Positions 51,395 to 63,231 of a stretch of 64,000 nucleotides of DNA are shown here, piece after piece. This DNA comes from a bacterium (lineage in GTDB: Bacteria; UBA8248; JACPRG01; G963555815): positions 544,001 through 608,000 of the forward strand of contig CBDHDG010000005.1 in the NCBI GenBank assembly GCA_965261595.1. Reading direction: 5' to 3'. Position 1 is the stretch's first letter, and each line of letters starts with the position of its first letter. A program made the translations under genes and the position numbers. Under the pieces are notes generated by a model. That model was not told the origin of the DNA, did no database searches, and saw nothing but the letters and a program-made list of their open reading frames with translations.

Positions 51395-51422
51395 TCCTGA
51401 ATCCTCGCTCTGGTCGCTCACG

Positions 51423-52124
51423 TCACTCCAAGATTCGCCCGTCCGCAATCCGCACCACCCGGTCCATGCGCTCGGCCAGGCGGGGATTGTGCGTGGCGAT
51501 TAAGAAACTGGCTTCCTGGTCTCGGTTCAGGTGTTCCAGCAGTTCGTGGATTTCCTCGCCGGTCCGCTCATCCAGGTTTCCCGTAGGTTCGTCGGCGAGG
51601 ATCAGGTCGGGTTTGTTCATCAACGCCCGCGCCACGGCGACGCGTTGTTGTTCGCCGCCAGAGAGTTCGCCGGGCTTGTGGTTCAGCCGGTTCGACAGGC
51701 CCACCTCCTTCAGGAGCGTCTCGGCGCTGTCACGGGCCTGGTCCATTCGGGTTCCGCCGATCAGGGCCGGCATCATCGTGTTCTCCAGGGCCGTGAACTC
51801 GCCGAGCAGGTGGTGAAATTGAAAGACGAAGCCGATGGATTCGTTCCGGAGCCTCGCCAGCGAAGCCTTGTCCAAAGAGAATACATCCCGCTCTCCGTAC
51901 AACACCCGGCCCTCGCTGGGCCGATCCAACGTGCCGAGGATCTGAAGGAGGGTGGTTTTCCCGACCCCCGAGGTCCCCATGATGGCAATCATCTCTCCCC
52001 GCCGAATTGTTAAATCGACGCCCTGAAGGACTGAAACCCTTTTCTCGCCGCTTTGAAAATCCTTCCGAAGCCCTTGGGCCTCGATGACGGCGGGTCCTTC
52101 ACGGCCCCCGGCTCCCTCATTCAT
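51423..52124 (-). CDS. lolD: Lipoprotein-releasing ABC ATPase
   Basis: GTSGVGKT, GFVFQFHHLL, LSGGEQQR, DEPTGNLD. Confidence 0.93.
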   Translation of the reverse strand: MNEGAGGREGPAVIEAQGLRKDFQSGEKRVSVLQGVDLTIRRGEMIAIMGTSGVGKTTLLQILGTLDRPSEGRVLYGERDVFSLDKASLARLRNESIGFVFQFHHLLGEFTALENTMMPALIGGTRMDQARDSAETLLKEVGLSNRLNHKPGELSGGEQQRVAVARALMNKPDLILADEPTGNLDERTGEEIHELLEHLNRDQEASFLIATHNPRLAERMDRVVRIADGRILE

Positions 52125-53371
52125 ACCGTAGGGTCTCGGCCGGGTCAACCCGGGATGCCTTCCAGGCTGGATACAGGGTTGCCAAAGAGCAAAGCCCGAA
52201 CGCGGTTGCGACGATCAGCGCCACATCTCCGATTTGTACGTCTACGGGGAGCCGATTGATAAGATAGACGCTGCCCTGAAAAATTTCAAGGCCAAACTGG
52301 TTTTCCAGGAAGTCCGCGATGTCCGGCAGTTTCAGCGCCAGGGCGATCCCGCCGGCCGTGCCGAGAAGCGTCCCGACGGCGCCCACTGTCATCCCGTCCA
52401 CCATGAAGATCTTCATGACGCCCCGGTCCGTTGCGCCCATCGACTTCAGAATCGCGATGTCCCGCGCCTTTTCTTTGACCACCATGATGAGCGTGGCGAC
52501 GATGCTGAAGGTGGCCACCAGGGTGATGAGGACCAGAATGATGAACATGACCGTTTTCTCCATCCTCAGCGCGGCGAACAGGCTGGCGTGCATCTGCATC
52601 CAGTCCCGCGTCCAGTAGGGAAACCCCAGCTTTTCCCGAACGGCGCCCGCCACCTCACGGGCCTTGTAGATATCGGATACTTTGACTTCGACGGCCGACG
52701 CGGTGTCGCCCATCTCGAAGAACGCTTGCGCCTGCCCCAGCGAGATAAGGGCCAGACCGTTGTCGTACAGGTAATAACCTGAGTTGAAGACCCCCGTCAC
52801 GCGGAACTTCCGCGCCCGGGGAATCAGGCCCGCCGGCGTCACGCGGCCCAGGGGAGAGATGACCAGCACCTCGCTTCCCGGCGAGACCCCCAGGGACCGG
52901 GCGAGATCCGCGCCGAGGATGATCGCCGGCTGGCGCGTCCGGTTCGGTCCGGGAAAGGTGCGCTCCAGGTCCTCGAACCGCCCCCGGGTCATCCTGAGGG
53001 CGAATTCGGTCACCTTCCGCTCCAGAGCCGGGTCGACCCCCCGCAGGACGATGCCCGTTACGCTTTGTCCGGCCCGCAGGAGGACATGGTTAACGACGTA
53101 AGGCGCCGCCGAGACGACCCCCTCGATCTTTCCCACCTTGGCCAACACCCCACGGTAGTCCTTGATCGCCCCTTGAAATTGTTGGATGAGAATGTGCGCC
53201 TGGCCGCTCAGGATCCGCGCCTGGAGGGATTTCTGGAAGCCCGTCATGACGCCGACGACGCAGATGAGCGTCGCGACGCCCAGCATGACGCCCAAGGCGG
53301 AGATCCAGGGACCCACCGAGATGAGGTGGTTCTTCCGCTTGGAGCGCAAATAGCGCAGGCCGACCCAAAGT

Positions 53372-53382
<11 letters not shown>
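52117..53382 (-). CDS. Lipoprotein-releasing ABC permease (single LolC/E/F-type)
   Basis: YELWVGLRYLR, GVMTGF, EKARDIAILKSMG, TLYPAWKA..DPAETLRYE. Confidence 0.92.
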
Positions 53383-54934
<1,552 letters not shown>

Positions 54935-55053
54935 CGGGCGGGCCTTCCAGACTGAATCGGTGATTGATTGGACTTTGAGTGACTTGAAGCTGGGGCATGG
55001 CAACCCTCGGGAGCGATTCGGTCCTCGATCGGTTCAGTCCATCTCATGAGGCT

Positions 55054-56164
55054 TCACGATCCATCCACCTGGAATTCTATCAGATAGGCCTCGATGAAGC
55101 GGTCGAGATCCCCGTCCAGGACGGCGTCCACGTTTCCGACCTCGACGTTCGTCCGGTGGTCCTTCACCATCTGGTAGGGGTGGAGGACGTAGGACCGGAT
55201 CTGGCTTCCGAAGGCGATCTGCTTCTTGCTGCTGTGGATGACGTCCAACTCCTCTTCCTTCTTCCTTTTCTTCAGGTCGTACAGCCGGGCCTTGAGGACC
55301 TTCATGGCCGTCGACTTGTTCTTGTGTTGGGAGCGCTCGTTCTGGCAGGAGACGACGAGCCCGCTGGGGATGTGGGTGATCCGCACTGCCGAGTCGGTCA
55401 CGTTGACGTGCTGGCCGCCCGCCCCGCTGCTGCGGTAGGTGTCGATCTTGAGATCGCCCTCGTCGATCTCGATCTCGATGTCGTCGGCCACTTCGGGGAA
55501 GACGAAGACCGAGGCGAAGGAGGTGTGCCGCCGGCCGGCGGTGTCGAACGGCGAGATCCGGACCAGACGGTGGACGCCGACCTCCGGGCGGAGGTAACCG
55601 AAGGCGTACGGGCCGTTGACCGCGAAGGTGGCGCTTTTGATGCCCGCCTCCTCCGCCGACAGCAGGTCGAGGGTCTCGGACGTGAAGCCCCGGCGCTCGG
55701 CCCACCGCAGGTACATCCTCATCAGCATCTGCGCCCAGTCCTGGGACTCGGTCCCTCCGGCGCCCGCGTTGATGTGGACGAGGGCGTTTCGCGCGTCGTT
55801 CTCCCCGGACAGCTTCAGCTTGAACTCGATGTCCTGGAGGTTCCGGAGGAGCTCCTCGACCTCTCCCTCAAGCTCCGCCACCTCGTCGCTGTCGGCCTCT
55901 TCCTCCGCCAGAAGCTCCTGAAGCTCCTCCGCGTCGGTGGCCCCTTTGTTCAGCTTGTTCCATTCCTCGACCGGGGCCGCCAGGGCCGCGCGGCGCTGAA
56001 GGGTCCGCTGCGCCGTATCCGGGTCGTCCCAAAAACCTGTCCGGCTGATGACCTGATCGAGTTTTTCAATCTCCTTCTCTTTGCCCGCTAAGTCAAAGAC
56101 GACCTCGGACGGTTTCGAGGCGCTTGGAAATGTCCTCCAAGGTGTTCTTGAGGTCGCCGATCAT
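55054..56164 (-). CDS. prfB: Peptide chain release factor 2 (programmed +1 frameshift)
   Basis: ATG 56164, 23 codons, CTT TGA C, then DLAGKEKEI...FWDDP; SPF and GGQ motifs. Confidence 0.97.
56092..56107 (-). other. RF2 +1 frameshift signal
   Basis: CGAGGT-CGT-CTT-TGA-C: internal SD-like sequence 3 nt before the shift codon. Confidence 0.92.
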
Positions 56165-56226
56165 GATTCTTCCTCCCTCCGCGGTCACGGACGTAATGAT
56201 TCGATGGCGGTCCCGGCTCTGAACGG

Positions 56227-57936
56227 TCACCCCTTGCGGGCCGAATGTCTGCCGGCGGCCCATTGCAGTCCGAGGATCAAGACCGCGAGGGCCGCGCTCA
56301 GGTAAGCGAAGAGGTCTCCGTGCCGGGTGTAAAAGGTGAGTCCCGCCGGGCCGGGCATTCCGGGCGTGACGTTGGCGAGCACGCCCGTCCGAACGAACAG
56401 CGCCGTCGCCTCGCGGATTTTCCCGGTCGCGTCCACAACGCCGGTGATTCCCGTATTGGCCGCCCGGACGAGGGGGACGCGATTTTCCACCGCCCGAAGG
56501 GCGGCGATGCTCATGTGCTGATAGGGGCCCGCGCTTCGGCCGAACCAGGCGTCGTTGGTGATGTTCACCAGAAGCCGCGCCCCGTTCCGGACGAGGACGA
56601 ACCGCCTCACCTCATCGGCAAAGATCACCTCATAGCAGATTAAAACGCTGAACGGCGCTTTGGCGAGAGGAAAAACGGTGCGGCGGTTACCGGGAAGGAA
56701 ATCCCCGATGCCGGAGACCATCTTCCGGATGAAGGGGAAAAACCGCTTCAACGGGACGTACTCACCGTATGGGACTAAATGCGTCTTGTTATATTGACCG
56801 GCCACCTTCTTTTCGGGGGTGACGAGGAAGGCGCTGTTCCGCAGGCGGCGCTCCCGGTTTCGAAGCGCCACCGACACCGCGCCGACCAGCAGCGGGGCGC
56901 GCACCTTCGCGGACAGGTTCAGAACCCGCTCCCGGTAGGCCTTGTCCCGAAGGAAGAAGAACGGCGCCGCGGTCTCGGGCCACACGATCAAATCCGGTTT
57001 TCCCTGCGCGTGCTTATACGTCAGCTTTTCGTACACTTCGAGCGTTTTCAGCCGATACGCCTCGTCCCACTTCACCTCCTGCGGGATGTTCCCCTGAAGG
57101 AGGGCGACGCGGACGGACCGGTCCGGGCGTGCGCCCCCGGAGGAGGGGGGGGGGGGGGGCGCGGAAAAGGTCTCGAGCCGGGCCCGGCCGTAAAGGAGGG
57201 CCGCTCCCAGCAAGACCGCCGCCGCGCCGAGCGACCACGCGCTTCCGCGAAAGGCCCGGCCTTCTCCCTTCCTCTCCCCCCCCGGCTTGCCGCGCGGCCT
57301 CGCGTACGCCGGAATGAAATCCCGAATGACGCCCCAGAGCGCCGAATTGACGAGGACGATGAGGAAGCTCACGCCGTAAATTCCGGTGATGTCCGCGACC
57401 TGGATCACCGGCAGCGCCGCATACTGCGTATACCCCAAGGCCGCCCAGGGAAAGCCCGTCAAAAGGTGCGTCCGCGCGAGTTCCAGGGCGACCCACAGGA
57501 AGGGGGCCAACGCGAGCCGGACCCACCGGCTCTCCCGGCCGAACCGGCAAACGAGCGCGCAGAAGACTCCCGTGAACAAGCTCAGGTACGCCGCCAGCAT
57601 GAGCATGACTATCCAGGCGACGGGAAACGGGAGATTTCCGTACCGCGTCATGGTGATGGTGACCCAGGAGAGGGTTCCGATGTAGCCGACGGTTCCCGCG
57701 AGGCCGCCCAGCCAAAAGGCGCGGCGGGGCGCGACCCCCTCGATGGCCGCCAGCAGGGGGATCAGGGCCATCCAGGCCAGCGCCGCCAGGTCGTACTTTG
57801 GAAAACAAAAGGTGAGGAGGACGCCCGAGAGGACGGCCGCGACCAGCCGGCGCCGAAGGGGCGCCCCACGGAAGGGGGATGTCGCCGGGCCCTCCGATTC
57901 GGCCCGCGCCGCCGATGCCCGCGCCGAAGCGGTCAT
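56227..57936 (-). CDS. lnt: Apolipoprotein N-acyltransferase
   Basis: TGFPW..LGYTQ, QGNI, WPETA, KTHLVPYGEY, ICYE, TNDAWF, ANTG. Confidence 0.95.
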   Translation of the reverse strand: MTASARASAARAESEGPATSPFRGAPLRRRLVAAVLSGVLLTFCFPKYDLAALAWMALIPLLAAIEGVAPRRAFWLGGLAGTVGYIGTLSWVTITMTRYGNLPFPVAWIVMLMLAAYLSLFTGVFCALVCRFGRESRWVRLALAPFLWVALELARTHLLTGFPWAALGYTQYAALPVIQVADITGIYGVSFLIVLVNSALWGVIRDFIPAYARPRGKPGGERKGEGRAFRGSAWSLGAAAVLLGAALLYGRARLETFSAPPPPPSSGGARPDRSVRVALLQGNIPQEVKWDEAYRLKTLEVYEKLTYKHAQGKPDLIVWPETAAPFFFLRDKAYRERVLNLSAKVRAPLLVGAVSVALRNRERRLRNSAFLVTPEKKVAGQYNKTHLVPYGEYVPLKRFFPFIRKMVSGIGDFLPGNRRTVFPLAKAPFSVLICYEVIFADEVRRFVLVRNGARLLVNITNDAWFGRSAGPYQHMSIAALRAVENRVPLVRAANTGITGVVDATGKIREATALFVRTGVLANVTPGMPGPAGLTFYTRHGDLFAYLSAALAVLILGLQWAAGRHSARKG

Positions 57937-59903
57937 TGCGTCTCCACTCCCGCCGAAGGGTTCGCGGCCGGGTATTCCGGCTCCGGGGGGGAGGGGGAGG
58001 GGGGGCCGGGGAGGGCGGCCGGGCGTGCGCGCCCGTCCTCTCCACCGATCCCCGCCACACGGTCTTTGACCGCCCGGGCCAGGGTTTTGTTTATGTGGGG
58101 GATTCCGGCCAGTTGATCGACGTCCGCTTCACGGATCTGGTCGACGCTGCCGAAGTACCGCAGGAGTGATTGCCGGCGGGCCGGGCCGATGCCTTCGACT
58201 TCGTCGAGGATCGAGCGCAGACGCGCTTTTCCGCGGCGCTTGCGGTGAAACTGGACGGCGAAGCGGTGCGTCTCGTCGCGGACCCGCTGGAGCAGGTAGC
58301 GGACGGGCGAGTCCGGCAGGAGGGGGATGGGGTCCGGGTGGCCGGGGAGGAAGATCATGTCGTTTCGCCCGCGCCGGTCGCCGCCTTTGGCCATGGCGAT
58401 GATGGGCAGGTGCTGGAGCGCCAGCTCGCCGAGGACGCGCCGGGCCGCGCCCAACTGCCCTTTGCCCCCGTCCACGAGGATGAGGTTCGGCCAATCTCCC
58501 CCTTCGGCGAGCGCGCGCCGGAACCGTCTCTCGATGACCTCGGCCATCATGGCGTAGTCGTCCGGGGTGTTTTCCGTCCGCATGATGTAGCGGCGGTATT
58601 CATCCTTGGCCGGTTTGCCGTCGAGGAAGACCACCATGCAGGCCACGGCGTCCGTCCCATGAAGGTTCGAAATGTCGAAGGCCTCGATACGCCGGGGGAG
58701 GTCGGTGAGGCGCAAGACGTCCCGTAGCTCGCCCAGCAGGTCTTCCCCGGCCGGTCCCGCCTCCTCGGGATTCTCGAGGAAGTGCCGGGCGTTGTCCGAC
58801 GCCATCCGGATCAGGCGGGCCTTGTCCCCCCGCCGCGGAACGCTCAACCGGACCCGCCGGCCACGCTGGCCCGTTAGCCACTCCTCGATGAGCGCCGTAT
58901 CCTGGATGGAAAAGGGCGTCAGAACCTCCGGCGGAATGAAGACGCCCCGCGCGTAGTATTGCTTGAGGAACGATTCCAGCAGGTCGCCTTCCGGCTCGGA
59001 GGCCGGAAATTTGAAATCGTACCCCTTGTCTCCCAGGACCTTGCCCCCCCGGACGAAGAAGAGGTGCACCCGGGCGCGGTCCCCGAACCGGTGGAGACCC
59101 ACCACGTCCTGGTCCTCCAGGTCGGTGGAGACGATCTGCTGCCGCTGGAGGCTCCGCTCCACGGCCCGGATCTGGTCCCGGTAGCGGGCGGCCTCCTCGT
59201 AGCGAAGCGTCTCGGCGGCGGATTGCATCTTCTCCTCCAGACTCCGGAGGAGCTCCCGGTCCCGGCCCTTGAGGAACAGGTTCACCCTGTCCACGAGGCC
59301 GTTGTATTCCTCCGGCGTGCAGTAGCCGACGCAGGGCGCGATGCACCGCTTCATCTCGTACTCCAGGCAGGGCCGGTCGCGCCGGCCGTCCATGGGCTCT
59401 TCGCACGAGCGGATCGGAAAGACCTTGTGGATCACCCGGAGGGTCTGGCGGATGGACTTCGCGGAAACGTAAGGCCCGAAATAGGCCGCCCCGTCCTTGT
59501 GCACCCGGCGGACGATCTCCAGCCGGGGGTGCGCCTCGTGGGTGGTGAACCGGATGTAGGGGAAATGCTTGTCGTCCCGCAGGACGACGTTGTACTTGGG
59601 CCGGTGGCGCTTGATGTAGTTGCTTTCGAGGATCAAGGCCTCGACGTCGCTGGCCGTGACGATGTAATCCAGCGACCGCACCTGATCGACCATCGACCGG
59701 ATCCGGGGCGAGGGCCGGGCGGAAGGCGCGAAGTAGGAGCGGACCCGCTGCCGGAGGGACTTGGCCTTGCCGACGTAGAGGACTTTCTCTTTGTCGTCCC
59801 GCATCATGTAGATGCCGGGCGAGGCGGGCAGACCCTCGCCCAGACGGTCTTTCCCCGCAACCTGCGTCCCGACTTCCCGCGCTTCGACTTTCTTGGCTCG
59901 CAT
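57933..59903 (-). CDS. uvrC: Excinuclease ABC subunit C
   Basis: PGIY..YVGKAK (GIY-YIG), FDISN, DGGKGQ, RDETHRFA, HhH. Confidence 0.96.
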   Translation of the reverse strand: MRAKKVEAREVGTQVAGKDRLGEGLPASPGIYMMRDDKEKVLYVGKAKSLRQRVRSYFAPSARPSPRIRSMVDQVRSLDYIVTASDVEALILESNYIKRHRPKYNVVLRDDKHFPYIRFTTHEAHPRLEIVRRVHKDGAAYFGPYVSAKSIRQTLRVIHKVFPIRSCEEPMDGRRDRPCLEYEMKRCIAPCVGYCTPEEYNGLVDRVNLFLKGRDRELLRSLEEKMQSAAETLRYEEAARYRDQIRAVERSLQRQQIVSTDLEDQDVVGLHRFGDRARVHLFFVRGGKVLGDKGYDFKFPASEPEGDLLESFLKQYYARGVFIPPEVLTPFSIQDTALIEEWLTGQRGRRVRLSVPRRGDKARLIRMASDNARHFLENPEEAGPAGEDLLGELRDVLRLTDLPRRIEAFDISNLHGTDAVACMVVFLDGKPAKDEYRRYIMRTENTPDDYAMMAEVIERRFRRALAEGGDWPNLILVDGGKGQLGAARRVLGELALQHLPIIAMAKGGDRRGRNDMIFLPGHPDPIPLLPDSPVRYLLQRVRDETHRFAVQFHRKRRGKARLRSILDEVEGIGPARRQSLLRYFGSVDQIREADVDQLAGIPHINKTLARAVKDRVAGIGGEDGRARPAALPGPPSPSPPEPEYPAANPSAGVETQ

Positions 59904-59920
59904 TTTGAAAAACCTTTAAA

Positions 59921-60420
59921 CCTTGGGGGGGCTTCTTGTAAGACGCCCCCCCAAACCCCCCTTAGAACTTTTCGACGGCCGAGCCAAGGGCTCGGCCTCT
60001 TCGCGGTGGGGATGAGTCGGCTGATTGTTCGTTAGCGGCGCGCGCAACTCTTACTTCACGAGGTTGCACCCCACTTTATTCAGTGCAAGGCCCGGCCGGT
60101 GATGATTTGTCGGCTTTCCCCCTCGCACCAGGGAGGGCGGGCGTCACGCCCGGCAATTCAGGGATATCGGGCAGGGGTGAACCGACCCGAATGCCCGACG
60201 CACATTTTAATGTAGGGACCGGGCTCCGTACCGGCCCGCTTTCGTAAGAAAACCGGCTAAAGATAAGGGAGGCATCGAGAGGACGCAGACAATCGGGACA
60301 GCCTGATCCGCCTCCAACCCAAGTAAGGCCAAGCCATATGGCTTGGCCGCCATCGGAAGGCGGGCTGGAAGCCCGCCCTACCGGGGTCTGGGGGGGCGTC
60401 TTACAAGAAGCCCACCCAGG
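59921..60420. repeat. Intergenic REP-like mosaic bounded by an inverted pair of about 38 bp
   Basis: 59921-59960 is near-identical to revcomp of 60383-60420 (GGGCTTCTTGTAAGACGCCCCCCCA core); GTAG-headed palindromes at 60212-60238 (+) and 60359-60381 (-). Confidence 0.75.
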
Positions 60421-60431
60421 AGATTGCCTTC

Positions 60432-62438
60432 TCACACGCTGACTCCCAGCTCTCGTTTTTCCAGGGCGGCGATTCGGTCTCGGAGTGCGGCGGCGGCCTC
60501 GAACTCCAGGCGCTCGGCCGCTTCGATCATCTCCGCGCGGAGTTGTTCGATCCGTTTGGACACGTCGCCCGGCGAGTCCGCCGTGAAGTACGGGGCGTCC
60601 TCTTCGGCCGCCTTGGAGACCGACGCGTAGTCCCGCTGCGACACGTTGCCGAGGACCTCGTTGATGTTCCGGACGATGGATCTGGGCGTGATCCCGTTCT
60701 CTTCATTGAAGGCCTCCTGGATCTCCCGCCTCCGCTGGGTTTCGGAGATGGCCGTCTCCATGGATTTCGTCATCCGGTCGGCGTACATCAGCACCGTTCC
60801 GTTGATGTTCCGCGCCGCGCGTCCGGTGGTCTGGATGAGGGAGGTCGCCGAGCGCAGGTAGCCCTCCTTGTCGGCGTCCAGGATGGCCACCATGGAGACC
60901 TCGGGGAGGTCCAGGCCCTCCCGCAACAGGTTGATCCCGATGAGGACATCGAACTCGCCGAGGCGAAGCTCGCGGATGATGGCCACGCGCTCGAGGGCGT
61001 CGATGTCGGAATGCAGGTAGCGCACCCGCACCCCCGCCTCCTGGTAGAATTCGGCCAGCTCTTCGGCGAAGCGTTTGGTGAGGGTGGTGACGAGGACGCG
61101 CTCGCCGGCCTCGACGCGCTGCCGAATGGCGGCCAGCAGGTCGTCCACCTGGCCCCGGACGGGCCGGACCTCCACCTCCGGGTCGGTCAGCCCGGTGGGG
61201 CGGATGATCTGCTCGGCCACGAGGCCGCCGCTGATGTTCAGCTCGTAGGGCCCCGGCGTGGCCGAGACGTAAACGACCGCGGGGATCCGCGCCTCGAATT
61301 CCGGATAGCTCAGCGGCCGGTTGTCCAGGGCCGAGGGGAGGCGGAAACCGTGCTCCACGAGGGTCGTCTTGCGGGAGCGGTCGCCGGCGTACATGCCGTG
61401 AAACTGCGGAATCGCCACGTGGCTCTCGTCGATGATGTAGAGCGAATCCGGCGGAAAGAAGTCCAGGAGCGTGTGCGGGGCCTCGCCCGCCGTCCGGCCT
61501 TCCAGGTGGCGGGAGTAGTTCTCGACGCCGTTGCAGTAGCCCACCTCCCGGAACATTTCGAGATCGAACTTGGTCCGCTGCTCCAGGCGCTGGGCCTCCA
61601 GGTATTTTTCCTCCCGCTTGAGCTCGAACAGGCGTTCGTCCATCTCGGCTTCGATGGCGATCAGGGCGCGGCGCAGGCGGTCTTCCGGCGTGACGTAATG
61701 GCTCCTCGGGTAGAGGTCCACCGACTGCCGCTTGCGGATGACCGTCCCGCGCAGGGGATCGATCTCGCTGATGGACTCGATCTCGTCGCCGAAGAACTCG
61801 ATCCGCAGCCCCGTTTCCGTCTCGTAGGCGGGAATGACCTCGACCACGTCCCCCCGGACGCGGAAGGTCCCGCGCTTGAAGTCGATGTCGTTGCGTTGGT
61901 ATTGGATCTGCACCATTCGGGTGAGGACCTCGTCCCGGTCGATGTGCTGTCCGGTTTCCAGATAAATGTGCATGCCGTGGTAGGTCTCGGGCGAGCCCAG
62001 GCCGTAGATGCAGGAAACGCTGGCGACGATGATCACGTCCCGGCGCGTCAGGAGGGAGAAGGTGGCCGAGTGGCGGAGCCTGTCCAACTCTTCGTTGACC
62101 GAGGCGTCTTTCTCGATGTAGGTGTCCGTGCTCGGCAGGTAGGCCTCGGGCTGATAATAATCGTAATAACTGACGAAATATTCGACGGCGTTTTCCGGGA
62201 AGAAGGTCCGGAACTCGTTATAGAGCTGGGCGGCCAGGGTCTTGTTGGGGGCCGCGACGAGGGTCGGTTTCCCCAAATCGGCGATGACGTTCGCCATGGT
62301 GAACGTCTTGCCCGATCCCGTGACGCCGAGCAGAACCTGGTGGCGGCAGTCGTCCCGGAGGTTCCCGAGGAGGCAGTCGATGGCCTCCGGCTGGTCTCCG
62401 GTGGGCTTGAAGTCGGATGTAAGCTGGAACGCGCTCAT
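60432..62438 (-). CDS. uvrB: Excinuclease ABC subunit B
   Basis: [33 protein letters not shown]-terminal UVR. Confidence 0.98.
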   Translation of the reverse strand: MSAFQLTSDFKPTGDQPEAIDCLLGNLRDDCRHQVLLGVTGSGKTFTMANVIADLGKPTLVAAPNKTLAAQLYNEFRTFFPENAVEYFVSYYDYYQPEAYLPSTDTYIEKDASVNEELDRLRHSATFSLLTRRDVIIVASVSCIYGLGSPETYHGMHIYLETGQHIDRDEVLTRMVQIQYQRNDIDFKRGTFRVRGDVVEVIPAYETETGLRIEFFGDEIESISEIDPLRGTVIRKRQSVDLYPRSHYVTPEDRLRRALIAIEAEMDERLFELKREEKYLEAQRLEQRTKFDLEMFREVGYCNGVENYSRHLEGRTAGEAPHTLLDFFPPDSLYIIDESHVAIPQFHGMYAGDRSRKTTLVEHGFRLPSALDNRPLSYPEFEARIPAVVYVSATPGPYELNISGGLVAEQIIRPTGLTDPEVEVRPVRGQVDDLLAAIRQRVEAGERVLVTTLTKRFAEELAEFYQEAGVRVRYLHSDIDALERVAIIRELRLGEFDVLIGINLLREGLDLPEVSMVAILDADKEGYLRSATSLIQTTGRAARNINGTVLMYADRMTKSMETAISETQRRREIQEAFNEENGITPRSIVRNINEVLGNVSQRDYASVSKAAEEDAPYFTADSPGDVSKRIEQLRAEMIEAAERLEFEAAAALRDRIAALEKRELGVSV

Positions 62439-62511
62439 GGCCGGTTCGAGGGTGAGGGGGGAAGAATCCCGCGGGCCGGGCCTTCCGCCCGGTCCCCGCG
62501 AACACCAGTCG

Positions 62512-63063
62512 TCAGCCCCGTCGGGGCCGGTAGGGCTCGATGTACTTTTCCCAGGATTCCAGGGTGGACGCCTGGACGGTGCTGGCCACGTATTGGTGGA
62601 ACAGGAAGTAAGGCCGGTGAGGCCGCCGGTACAAGCGGAGCCCGCTCTCCGCCAGCGTGCGGTTCCCCTTGTGCGAGTTGCAGGATTGACAGGCCGCCAC
62701 CACGTTTTTCCACGAAGTGTCGCCCCCCCGGGAGCGGGGAATGACGTGGTCGATGGTCAGCCCCTTGCCCTGGCGGCCGCAGTATTGGCAGGTGTGGTTG
62801 TCCCGGCGTGTGACGTTCCGTTTGCTGAACGCAACCTCCCCCCGCCGGGGGAGGTGGATGTATCGCTGGAGGCGGATGACGCTGGGCAACGGCAGCGACA
62901 GGGCGTAGGAGCGCACCCGGAGGCCGTTTTCCTCCACCGCCTCGGCCCGGCCGCCCAGGATCATCGTAATGGCCCGGCGGCCCGAGCAGATGTGCAGGGG
63001 CTCATAGCTCCGGTTCAGCACGAGGACCCAAAGAGAGTTGAAATCCAGTGTTGTCACGCCCAT
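62512..63063 (-). CDS. HNH endonuclease (McrA-like)
   Basis: [50 protein letters not shown]. Confidence 0.92.
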   Translation of the reverse strand: MGVTTLDFNSLWVLVLNRSYEPLHICSGRRAITMILGGRAEAVEENGLRVRSYALSLPLPSVIRLQRYIHLPRRGEVAFSKRNVTRRDNHTCQYCGRQGKGLTIDHVIPRSRGGDTSWKNVVAACQSCNSHKGNRTLAESGLRLYRRPHRPYFLFHQYVASTVQASTLESWEKYIEPYRPRRG

Positions 63064-63088
63064 GAATCCGATGCAAATTACCTTTTTG

Positions 63089-63118
63089 ACAATACGGTCC
63101 GGGCGCCCTCGCTGTCAA
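63089..63118 (-). promoter_or_regulatory. Candidate sigma70 promoter for HNH-uvrB
   Basis: TTGACA (63118-63113), 18 nt, TATTGT (63094-63089). Confidence 0.55.
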
Positions 63119-63171
63119 CGGGGGTGCAACCCGAGCCCGGCGACGGACGCGCGGAGCGGTCCGAACCCTTG

Positions 63172-63180
63172 TGATAGAAT
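63172..63180 (+). promoter_or_regulatory. Candidate extended -10 promoter for the class A PBP gene
   Basis: TG-A-TAGAAT about 50 nt upstream of ATG 63232. Confidence 0.45.
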
Positions 63181-63231
63181 CTCTTCGCCGGAAATCTCGC
63201 CCGCCGGCGGAGCCGCGAGGAAAGCTTTCTG

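Noticed and set aside
55054..56164. prfB as a pseudogene or novel recoding site
   Set aside because: Canonical RF2 CTT-TGA-C programmed frameshift
59921..60420. CRISPR array
   Set aside because: Only two copies, inverted rather than direct, no regular spacers, no cas genes
60076..60435. 119-aa ORF overlapping the uvrB stop
   Set aside because: Reads through the palindromic repeats; no recognisable protein features
62512..63063. HNH gene as a defence system or IscB/Cas9-like nuclease
   Set aside because: 183-aa standalone HNH with no RuvC motifs, methyltransferase or evident associated RNA
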